IMG/VR virus record: IMGVR_UViG_3300025540_000004
DNA: 31,527 bases
Source of the DNA: a virus
Direction: 5' to 3' (one strand)
The notes under the pieces were generated by a model. It was not told the origin of the DNA. It worked only from the letters and a program-made list of their open reading frames with translations, and searched no databases. The position numbers and the translations under genes are program-made. Below are positions 24,416-31,400 of the stretch, piece after piece; positions within the stretch are counted from its first letter, which is position 1, and each line of letters starts with the position of its first letter.

Positions 24416-24826
24416 TTATTTCACCTTCTTCGCTTGTTTTCTCCTTTTCTTTAATTCTTCTAGTTCAATCCATCCCCCATATTTCTTGACGTATGTAATT
24501 AAGCTGAGTTTATGGGGGTATTTCTTTTCAAACAGTTTTTTCTTAATTTTGAAGGCCTCTGTCTCCATCCCTTTCACGTCCACAACCTCGATTGTTCCAT
24601 CTAAGTGATGTATTTCAAAGTCGGCAATGTACTCTATTTTTCTATAAGTTCTACCGTTTTTCTTGAACGCTTCTTGGAGTAAATACTTTGGCTGTAACCG
24701 GAAAAACAGTATTTCTTTATGCTCCTGCAGCCATTTCAACCGTTGGTAATACCTAGCTTCAATCTGTGAATCGAATGTATATCCGTCTAGCTCTACTTTC
24801 TTGGAGTTATATTTTGTTGCTGTCAC
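24416..24826 (-). CDS. DUF1064-type protein (putative PD-(D/E)XK nuclease or Holliday junction resolvase-like).
   Basis: Motifs KYNSKKVELDGYTFDSQIEARYYQRL and IADFEI...VVDVKG resemble the DUF1064 family. The start is probably the GTG at 24826, with the SD GGAAGGGG upstream. Confidence 0.75.
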   Translation of the reverse strand: MTATKYNSKKVELDGYTFDSQIEARYYQRLKWLQEHKEILFFRLQPKYLLQEAFKKNGRTYRKIEYIADFEIHHLDGTIEVVDVKGMETEAFKIKKKLFEKKYPHKLSLITYVKKYGGWIELEELKKRRKQAKKVK

Positions 24827-24998
24827 GTAACCCCTTCCTTTCACAAAACATCAAGCACGAAAAACCGTATTTATCTCGTTTGATGTCTCCCACAAGATTC
24901 CAGCCACGCTCTTTGTGGGAATTTATGTTATTTGTAAAATTTGTTTCTGACATAGCATTAACGATTTTGTAGATTTTTCCGTTTTTTATCCATGCCAT
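24807..24998 (-). CDS. Hypothetical protein, 63 aa.
   Basis: This is an ORF-track ORF. Its start overlaps the dUTPase stop (TAATG). Confidence 0.45.
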   Translation of the reverse strand: MAWIKNGKIYKIVNAMSETNFTNNINSHKERGWNLVGDIKRDKYGFSCLMFCERKGLRDSNKI

Positions 24999-25612
24999 TA
25001 GTAACCACTCTCTTGTCTTTGATGATTGATATTATTTTTATTGAGATAGGCTTGTTCGATTTGGTTCCAGTCAAAACCTAAATATTTTTCTCCTAAACCC
25101 ACAAAAAGATTGAACAGTTCCTCATAAACTTGATAAATATATGATTTATTTCCATCTCGAATAGAATGGGCCAACTCAATCACCGTTTCAAAGGCAAAAA
25201 TGAATGTTTCGGTTGTGTCTGCACCTGTATAATCACTATCTATGACTATATTTGTTGTTTCTAACTCCAACCCAATCGACAGAATGAAATGCAAGCAGTC
25301 CACGTATTCCTCGAGAAGTGGGTTGTATTCTTTGTACACATATCCTTCACATTTACAATCAGGACATACACCTGAACCATCATCGCCCGAACCATTGCAC
25401 CATTTACATTTTATTTCTTTATAACCTTTTAATCTCGGTTCCCTGTTGTTACTCCAAAACTTAAACCCTCGCCACTCATTAGCCAATTCTCCAAGTTCCA
25501 CTTGTAACGCTAATATCTTCTTTGGTAATAAGTCCTCGCCGTATAGACCCTTTTCTTTCACAATCCTGTCATCCAATTTTGCTTGTAATTCGAATAATTC
25601 ATTTAAATTCAA
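24998..25612 (-). CDS. dut: Dimeric all-alpha dUTPase / MazG-like NTP pyrophosphohydrolase with a zinc-ribbon insertion.
   Basis: The family-typical motif LALQVELGELANEWRGFKFW....LLEEYVDCLHF is present. It is interrupted by CKWCNGSG...CPDCKC. Confidence 0.75.
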   Translation of the reverse strand: MNLNELFELQAKLDDRIVKEKGLYGEDLLPKKILALQVELGELANEWRGFKFWSNNREPRLKGYKEIKCKWCNGSGDDGSGVCPDCKCEGYVYKEYNPLLEEYVDCLHFILSIGLELETTNIVIDSDYTGADTTETFIFAFETVIELAHSIRDGNKSYIYQVYEELFNLFVGLGEKYLGFDWNQIEQAYLNKNNINHQRQESGY

Positions 25613-25808
25613 TTTTCGTTCCCCCGTTTTCTTTTAACTGTTTACGTAACTTCTTAATCTCGCTTTTCAGATATTTAACTTCTACAGATTCGGATGGCTT
25701 AAAGCTAATATTCATGCTCTGTAGCAACGTGTTTAGCTTAGGGATAGATATGGTCTTTTGATGTTTTAGGGCGTGTTGTAGCTGCGCTTTTGCTTGTTCG
25801 TATTTCAA
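25599..25808 (-). CDS. Hypothetical protein, 69 aa.
   Basis: This is an ORF-track ORF in the packed gene array. Confidence 0.5.
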   Translation of the reverse strand: MKYEQAKAQLQHALKHQKTISIPKLNTLLQSMNISFKPSESVEVKYLKSEIKKLRKQLKENGGTKIEFK

Positions 25809-26155
25809 TCATCATCACACTCCAATGCTTTGAATGCTACATCAGTAACCTTGTCTAATTCCCTTTCCGCATCCAATCCTTCTGAGTTCCAATCAGCATT
25901 TGATATTTCTTCCAATGCCCGTTTGTAGCGTTTGTTTTGTTCTCTTAACTCTTGATTCGTCATGTAATAAGATTGAGCAGTATCTTTCCATTCGTCTCTT
26001 TCTTCTTCCAATTTCTCAACTCGTTCAGCTTGTTGGATAAGCCAAACTAAATCCTTCATATCCACTCCAACTATTTCTATGTCGTTTATATATTCCAAAA
26101 CTGTGACTTCTGAATATTTTTCTTTTATATCTTCCAAGCGTTCTTTATCGCTCAT
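25805..26155 (-). CDS. Hypothetical acidic coiled-coil protein, 116 aa.
   Basis: This is an ORF-track ORF with 4-nt overlaps on both sides. Confidence 0.6.
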   Translation of the reverse strand: MSDKERLEDIKEKYSEVTVLEYINDIEIVGVDMKDLVWLIQQAERVEKLEEERDEWKDTAQSYYMTNQELREQNKRYKRALEEISNADWNSEGLDAERELDKVTDVAFKALECDDD

Positions 26156-26574
26156 TTTGTTCCCTCCAATGCTTGACGTGCTTTTTCTCCGCTATCAAAA
26201 TAAATAATCGGAGGATCATATTCGTCATTTGAAATACAAATACCATCAGCATCATATTGGGCTTCACTGATTAGCTTTTCTTTATAATGTTCTTCATCCG
26301 CATAAAATTCTAATGCCTTCTCATACCGTTCCGCTTTGGCTTGCGCTTGATGTAGTTGATTTTCTATCAACTGAATCTTAAAGTACGCATCTTCAAGTTC
26401 GTTACATCTTTTTCTATGTTGCTTCCTCCAGTATTCCACTTTCTCCGCTTGTTCCAAGAGCCAATCAAATACTTTTGAACGTTTATGATATAATTCATCA
26501 TCAGTAGCAGTAATTAATTTCCGTATATGTTCTTGCCATTCAAGTGCTTCTTTCAGCATTTCTTGTTCGGTCAT
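26152..26574 (-). CDS. Hypothetical protein of about 140 aa.
   Basis: The ATG at 26574 has the SD GGAGGGTG upstream. Confidence 0.6.
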   Translation of the reverse strand: MTEQEMLKEALEWQEHIRKLITATDDELYHKRSKVFDWLLEQAEKVEYWRKQHRKRCNELEDAYFKIQLIENQLHQAQAKAERYEKALEFYADEEHYKEKLISEAQYDADGICISNDEYDPPIIYFDSGEKARQALEGTK

Positions 26575-26622
26575 GTTTTTCACCCTCCAACACTTCAATT
26601 AATTTTTCATACACTTTTCGTA

Positions 26623-26970
26623 TCAGTCATGTTGCACCTCCAAATCCTCTTCCTTTACTCGATAAAATCCTCTTAAATCACAAGCGACTAGATAAACGGT
26701 TTCTTCAACAGAATCTACTGAGACTAGTCCTTCTTCTGTTCGATATGGGTTGTCGTCATATTCTAAGGTGTTGCTGATTGTTATCCTTCTTTTCCCGCAC
26801 AAAATACCTTCCAATTCTTTTTGGTGGTCTTTCACTTGCCACCTAACCAGTTCAATATAACCTTTATCCTCTAGTTCTTTTTCTTGGTCCTCTGTCATAT
26901 AACCGAAAATGACACTATCACCAGTTTTAACAAGTGATTTTCTAAACTTCACTCTATCTCCAAGCTTCAT
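26623..26970 (-). CDS. Hypothetical protein, 115 aa.
   Basis: The ATG at 26970 has the SD GGAGGTG upstream. Confidence 0.6.
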   Translation of the reverse strand: MKLGDRVKFRKSLVKTGDSVIFGYMTEDQEKELEDKGYIELVRWQVKDHQKELEGILCGKRRITISNTLEYDDNPYRTEEGLVSVDSVEETVYLVACDLRGFYRVKEEDLEVQHD

Positions 26971-27166
26971 GTTGCACCTCCAAAACAAATTTATCTCTTT
27001 CCATATTTCCACCGTCCTCAATTAGCGGAAAGTACCAAATTCCCGGCTCATCTACATATTCAAATCGTTTTACCGCTGTAGTACCTTCAAGCAGTACGGC
27101 CCTAATCGGTTTTCCTTTGTATGTTCCTTTTACTGTCATTCTTTCCATCTCACGCATTAAAATCAC
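26954..27166 (-). CDS. Hypothetical protein of 60-70 aa. The start is uncertain.
   Basis: This is an ORF-track ORF. Confidence 0.5.
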   Translation of the reverse strand: MILMREMERMTVKGTYKGKPIRAVLLEGTTAVKRFEYVDEPGIWYFPLIEDGGNMERDKFVLEVQHEAWR

Positions 27167-27329
27167 GTCCCATTCTTTTTAATGTCGCTAACAAGCTTTT
27201 AAGTTCGTAATAATCAAGGTCATATAGATTAATAGCTCCATCACAATCAAAGCCCAGTGCTAGTAGCTCATTGATGATTGACTGTTTTTTCAAATCGTTA
27301 ACCATGTATAACGAGCGATACAAAATCAT
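27150..27329 (-). CDS. Small hypothetical protein of 59 aa, MILYRSLYMVNDLKKQSIINELLALGFDCDG...
   Basis: The ATG at 27329 has the SD GGAGG 7 nt upstream. It is one residue below the ORF-track cut-off. Confidence 0.5.
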   Translation of the reverse strand: MILYRSLYMVNDLKKQSIINELLALGFDCDGAINLYDLDYYELKSLLATLKRMGRDFNA

Positions 27330-27331
27330 AA

Positions 27332-28228
27332 TTACGCCTCCTTCCTGTACTTTTTCAAACGTTCCTCAAGCTCTCTTTTCTTTTTTTCGTCAATTTTTTG
27401 CTCTTGGCTTTGTTGCTCCCTGCTATTAAGCCAATTCGGAACTGGTTCAACACGTTTTTTATTGTTAGTTTGTTTTTTTAATCTTTCCTCCTGTTCCTTT
27501 TGAGCGTCAGTAATGGTTTTAATTCCTTTTTGTGCCCAACTGTTCAAAATAGCTCTTGCGTATGGATATTTAGCTCCAGCTTCAGCAGCTTTTTTAAATG
27601 CAAGACAAATTACTTCTTCGCTCAACCCGTCATTGTCTATAAAGCTGTTAATCTCTTCAATCTGGATTGGATTAGGTTGTCTATTAAAACAAAGCATGTA
27701 CTGATTAAAAAAATTTGTTTGCCTATTAGCAGCAGCTATATTAGTTTCGTTTTGTTTTGTTTCGTTTAGTTTATTTAATGCGGAAAGATTGTCGGAAACA
27801 CTGTCGGAAACATTGTAGGAAAGATTGTCGGAAACACTGTCGGCATTTATTGCCGACACACTATTTTTGCCGGAAGAATTGTCGGCATTTATTTCCTGCA
27901 AATTTTCTTTATCGGTTGATTTGTAGGAAAGATTGCGAGCAATAGTTTCTGACAAATCTTCTAATATATAAACTGCTGATTTATTCCCTTTGCGTGATTT
28001 AAAATCTATGAATTTCTTTTGTTTCAATTCATTTCTTGCATTAGATATTGTTCTTTCGGAAAGGCCGGTCTTAACGCATAACACCGATACAGCCACCGAG
28101 AATTCTCTCTGCCATCCAGCCTTATTGTTTATATGCATCAACGCGTGCCATAAAGCAATTGCTGATGTGCTAAGTGAATTCGTCTCGAGCCGATCATAGA
28201 ATGCGTTAATCTGTTTTATGTAGTTCAT
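27332..28228 (-). CDS. Replisome organiser or replication initiator with a DnaD-type C-terminal domain.
   Basis: - The N-terminal winged-helix-like segment is LSTSAIALWHALMHINNKAGW.
- The C-terminal segment, IQIEEINSFIDNDGLSEEVICLAFKKAAEAGAKYPYARAILNSW, is DnaD/DnaB_2-like.
- The central part is a repeat region. Confidence 0.85.
   Translation of the reverse strand: MNYIKQINAFYDRLETNSLSTSAIALWHALMHINNKAGWQREFSVAVSVLCVKTGLSERTISNARNELKQKKFIDFKSRKGNKSAVYILEDLSETIARNLSYKSTDKENLQEINADNSSGKNSVSAINADSVSDNLSYNVSDSVSDNLSALNKLNETKQNETNIAAANRQTNFFNQYMLCFNRQPNPIQIEEINSFIDNDGLSEEVICLAFKKAAEAGAKYPYARAILNSWAQKGIKTITDAQKEQEERLKKQTNNKKRVEPVPNWLNSREQQSQEQKIDEKKKRELEERLKKYRKEA
27779..27934. repeat. Iteron array, putative phage replication origin, embedded in the organiser gene.
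   Basis: - Tandem 12-mers of the form gtcggaaaca(c/t)t or gtaggaaagatt lie at 27791, 27803, 27815 and 27827, with a degenerate copy at 27779.
- The palindrome tgtcggca-tttat-tgccgaca lies at 27838-27858.
- Further copies are gtcggcatttat at 27881 and gtaggaaagatt at 27923.
- An AT-rich gttt(c/t) tract lies at 27741-27778. Confidence 0.7.
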
Positions 28229-28251
28229 GCTTGTTATGCCCTCCTTCCCTC

Positions 28252-28419
28252 TTATTTACGGGCACAAATTGCAAATTGCCCTTTTACACTTTTGATGGAA
28301 TACTCCGGATATCTTCGCATATAATCTAGTACAAGCTTTTTAAAGTGCACTTCATTTTGGGCCTCCTCCCAGATCCATGCCGGGAGGAGAACTTTTGTTG
28401 GTGTTTCACTGAACATCAT
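28252..28419 (-). CDS. Small hypothetical protein of 55 aa, MMFSETPTKVLLPAWIWEEAQNEV...
   Basis: The ATG at 28419 lies inside the 3' end of recT, with GAGGT upstream. The ORF fills the gap between recT and the organiser gene. Confidence 0.4.
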   Translation of the reverse strand: MMFSETPTKVLLPAWIWEEAQNEVHFKKLVLDYMRRYPEYSIKSVKGQFAICARK

Positions 28420-29269
28420 CGAATATTACCTCTGTCTGCTCTGATTCAGCATGTTGTTCAGATGGTTCATCATCTACAATTTCAAAATCACCATCGATAA
28501 CTGAGGAATCCTCCGTAATATCTTTAACTTCATGTTCAGCTTCGTCCTCAGTAAAAGCCTTTTGCATCTCAATAGACAAGATTCCCCATTTGCTCAACAT
28601 GTTTCTGAGAACTGTTTTCAAGGCCATAGCATCATAATCAGATTTCCAAACTCCATTTAGCGCCTTTTTATCTTTCAATTTGTTATGCTTGATACGATGG
28701 GATTCTATTTGTTCACGTGTCCAGTAGACTGTTTTTTCGAATCCATTCACTAACTTGAAGTAACCGCAATAACCAATAACTTTATCGCTTGTTGCTCCGT
28801 CTAAATTCAATTCAATTTCCTCTGTTAGTCGATTCCATTTCACTAATTCGCCCTCATGGACCTCAATTACATTAATTGACTTATATTGACCAGTCCTAAG
28901 TGCCAACTGAATATATCCTTTATAACCCAGTTGAAATTGTGCTACCTTGTATCCTTTTTTCGAATCATAGAAAGGGACAATCCATGCATAGCCTAGGTTT
29001 TTATCAACCGGCAAGTCCAAAGATGCTGCAACCATTGCACTTGAAACGATGCTCATAGGTTCGGATTCACGCAAGGAAGGATCACCATTGTATAGATTAA
29101 GCAAGGATGCCATAAATTGAGGTGCCTTCTTGTCTAAAACTTCCTCAAATTTTTTCTTCATGGTTGGTGTGCTAAGAAGTGCCTTTAACCCTAACGATTG
29201 AGCTGACACTGTTCTTGGCGCTTCGTTTTTATTGGCTAGTTGATTTTTAAGATCTTGGTTTGTAGCCAT
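28406..29269 (-). CDS. recT: RecT-family single-strand annealing protein.
   Basis: The motif reads GYAWIVPF...FQLGYKGYIQLALRTGQYKSI. The gene is paired with an upstream exonuclease. Confidence 0.95.
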   Translation of the reverse strand: MATNQDLKNQLANKNEAPRTVSAQSLGLKALLSTPTMKKKFEEVLDKKAPQFMASLLNLYNGDPSLRESEPMSIVSSAMVAASLDLPVDKNLGYAWIVPFYDSKKGYKVAQFQLGYKGYIQLALRTGQYKSINVIEVHEGELVKWNRLTEEIELNLDGATSDKVIGYCGYFKLVNGFEKTVYWTREQIESHRIKHNKLKDKKALNGVWKSDYDAMALKTVLRNMLSKWGILSIEMQKAFTEDEAEHEVKDITEDSSVIDGDFEIVDDEPSEQHAESEQTEVIFDDVQ

Positions 29270-30216
29270 TATTTGACCTCCTTAATTGCAAATTTGCGCA
29301 TAGAAATTTCTTTTAAAACTTGCTTGTAAATATCCGGGAACTTCTCTTTCAAAGCCTTGGAATCGACTCTCTGTTGCGTTTGATTTTTCCAAGTAACTAT
29401 GAAATTATCAACAATCCCTTTCTCAGCCTCTTTTAATTCAGCTTTGATTTTATTTTCAATTTCCGTTTTAGCTTTTTTGATTAAATCTGCGTCCTGTTTG
29501 ATTTGTTCATATTGGTAGATAAGGTCTTTATATTCACTTGGGAGCACAATTTCTTTATCTTTCTCAGCTACTGCATACTTTTCTTTTAAGTACTGTTCAG
29601 CTGCACTGGACCCATCTAAGTTAGGAGCAATCCCTTGTTCAACATTCACAGTCCAAAAATTCTTTTCGGCTTCAAAAATCATGTTGATCAGTTCTTCATC
29701 ACGTTCGATTTCTTTCCATATGAAGCGATTTCCACCGATTAATACAGCGATATAACCTTTCTCTTTACCAGTTACTCCTAGATAATGTTGAACTTGGACT
29801 AAATATGTTGCTGGGACTTCATCTGCTTCCCATTCTTTAGAAAGATATGCACTAGCTGTTTTACACTCGAGAACAGCAGATTCACCAACAACCATTCGGT
29901 CCACATTCGCGCGGATAAACGGATATTCTGGATGACTAAACATGAAATTTGCTCTTCTTACCTTTTTATCCGTTCTCTTTTCAAACTCTTTGGCCACAAC
30001 ATCTTCCATTTGATTACCCCAATAAATTGCTTCACTATCAATCTCTTGAGGTTCAACTTGTCCAGTTTTTTCGAGCCATAATTCAAATGCAGTTTTGTAT
30101 TTGTTTAACCCAAGGATGACACCAGCGTCACTTCCACCGATACCTTTGGTCCGTTCTTGAAGCCATTCAAAACGACTCATATTGATCGTATGGATAGCAT
30201 TTTGATTCATTGCCAT
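29269..30216 (-). CDS. YqaJ-type viral recombinase exonuclease.
   Basis: The motif EWLQERTKGIGGSDAGVILGLNKYKTAFELW is present, with PD-(D/E)XK-like motifs. The gene overlaps recT (TAATG). Confidence 0.95.
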   Translation of the reverse strand: MAMNQNAIHTINMSRFEWLQERTKGIGGSDAGVILGLNKYKTAFELWLEKTGQVEPQEIDSEAIYWGNQMEDVVAKEFEKRTDKKVRRANFMFSHPEYPFIRANVDRMVVGESAVLECKTASAYLSKEWEADEVPATYLVQVQHYLGVTGKEKGYIAVLIGGNRFIWKEIERDEELINMIFEAEKNFWTVNVEQGIAPNLDGSSAAEQYLKEKYAVAEKDKEIVLPSEYKDLIYQYEQIKQDADLIKKAKTEIENKIKAELKEAEKGIVDNFIVTWKNQTQQRVDSKALKEKFPDIYKQVLKEISMRKFAIKEVK

Positions 30217-30230
30217 GTATTTTATCCTCC

Positions 30231-30259
30231 TTTACCAAATTAAACTGACGTGTTATAAT
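30231..30259 (+). promoter_or_regulatory. Plus-strand promoter-like element.
   Basis: The -35 is TTTACC (30231-30236), the spacer is 17 nt and the extended -10 is TGtTATAAT (30251-30259). Confidence 0.4.
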
Positions 30260-30288
30260 TGAATCAAATTTAATATTCTTGAGACCGT

Positions 30289-30322
30289 AACTCCCGTTAT
30301 TGCCTGGCGGGAGTTTTATTTT
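30289..30322 (+). terminator. Hairpin with a plus-strand U-tract. It lies directly after the stop of the minus-strand ORF 30316..30540.
   Basis: An 8-bp stem pairs aactcccg (30289-30296) with cgggagtt (30308-30315). On the plus strand ttatttt follows. On the minus strand no U-tract follows. Confidence 0.45.
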
Positions 30323-30540
30323 GCAATTTTTTCTATAGCCCCAAGATGTAAAAGAAACTTCTTTAAATCATAGGAAATATCATCTAACCGAAAAACATCA
30401 TCTTCCCATTCCAAATACTCATCACCCGGCATAATTTCGTTCCCAAAGAAATCATCACAAAATGGTTCGTCGTTAACTGGCTCTGGATAGCCAGTCTGTA
30501 AAGTGCGTGTGATTCGTGGATCTTGAATGTCAATCGCCAT
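30316..30540 (-). CDS. Hypothetical acidic protein, 74 aa.
   Basis: This is an ORF-track ORF with the SD GGAGGTG upstream. Confidence 0.6.
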   Translation of the reverse strand: MAIDIQDPRITRTLQTGYPEPVNDEPFCDDFFGNEIMPGDEYLEWEDDVFRLDDISYDLKKFLLHLGAIEKIAK

Positions 30541-30687
30541 TTATCTTCTCACCTCCAAAAAAATAAGTTCGCGACTGAAATCAATTTCATCGCATTTACA
30601 CAACGGACAAATGCTAGGTTCCTCACCATCAGGAACAGCAAACTCGTGTGCAAAATCAGCGCATATATAAACATCTAGCTTCTTCAT
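30541..30687 (-). CDS. Small zinc-ribbon-like protein of 48 aa, MKKLDVYICADFAHEFAVPDGEEPSICPLCKCDEIDF...
   Basis: The ATG at 30687 has the SD AAGGTGG 8 nt upstream. The stop abuts the next start. Confidence 0.5.
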   Translation of the reverse strand: MKKLDVYICADFAHEFAVPDGEEPSICPLCKCDEIDFSRELIFLEVRR

Positions 30688-30690
30688 TTA

Positions 30691-30846
30691 TTACGCCACC
30701 TTTCCGTTAGACGTTAGCAATAGACCTTCTTTTACAAAACGGTCCACATCCCAAATAGTGCAACTATCAACTCTTGACATTGAATTATCTATAATGAATA
30801 CATCGCCGGTTGTTAAATAAACTTTCGTACCTTCTTTTAATTGCAT
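30691..30846 (-). CDS. Small hypothetical protein of 51 aa, MQLKEGTKVYLTTGDVFIIDN...
   Basis: The ATG at 30846 has AAGGATG upstream. The ORF fills the gap between its neighbours. Confidence 0.45.
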   Translation of the reverse strand: MQLKEGTKVYLTTGDVFIIDNSMSRVDSCTIWDVDRFVKEGLLLTSNGKVA

Positions 30847-30848
30847 GT

Positions 30849-31013
30849 TCACACATCCTTTTGAAAAATGACTAAAACGTATGGATAACTTTCATCCTCT
30901 GGACCAACAAACTGCATTTTAATGTCAATGATTTCAAAGTCTTTGCATTCCTCTAACCAATGGTTTACTTCCCTTTCAAAACTCCAACCTTCGAACAATC
31001 TGACTTGAACCAT
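30849..31013 (-). CDS. Hypothetical protein of 54 aa from the ATG at 31013.
   Basis: The SD GGGGAG lies 6 nt before the ATG at 31013. Confidence 0.55.
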   Translation of the reverse strand: MVQVRLFEGWSFEREVNHWLEECKDFEIIDIKMQFVGPEDESYPYVLVIFQKDV

Positions 31014-31027
31014 GTGTTTCTCCCCTT

Positions 31028-31354
31028 TCAATCTAAATAAGTTTTTAATAACTCAACTAAAAGTTTGTTTTGCTTTTCTAATTTTTTCATCCTTTTGTAG
31101 TTAAACCGATATCCATCAAAACGTTCTTCAATTTTTCTTAATTCGTTTTGGTAATATTCGGTTAATGCTCTAATTGACGATTTTTTAACAGTATCAACTT
31201 TCACTGGTCCAACAAAGCCTCTAGTACCGGTTAATAAGTCGATACCTATATATCCATCATCTTTTTTTAAATTCATGGCTTTGTTTTGATTCCAGTACAC
31301 AATCCCAATTTCTCCTTCATATTCAACTAATTCACCGACTTCATAAGTGTTCAC
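31028..31354 (-). CDS. Hypothetical protein of 108 aa. It is the first gene after the GC-rich island.
   Basis: The start is GTG at 31354, with the SD AAGGGGTG upstream. An in-frame TAG lies 18 nt upstream, so the ORF cannot extend further. Confidence 0.65.
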   Translation of the reverse strand: MNTYEVGELVEYEGEIGIVYWNQNKAMNLKKDDGYIGIDLLTGTRGFVGPVKVDTVKKSSIRALTEYYQNELRKIEERFDGYRFNYKRMKKLEKQNKLLVELLKTYLD

Positions 31355-31400
31355 ATTTTCACCCCTTTCCTAAGTGGTAATGAGGTAGGCAAGGATTTGC

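Noticed and set aside
30239-30267. A minus-strand promoter, TTGATT-N17-TTTAAT, for the exonuclease-recT operon.
   Set aside because: The predicted start site falls inside the exonuclease SD (30226-30233). The region is AT-rich, so such matches are expected by chance.
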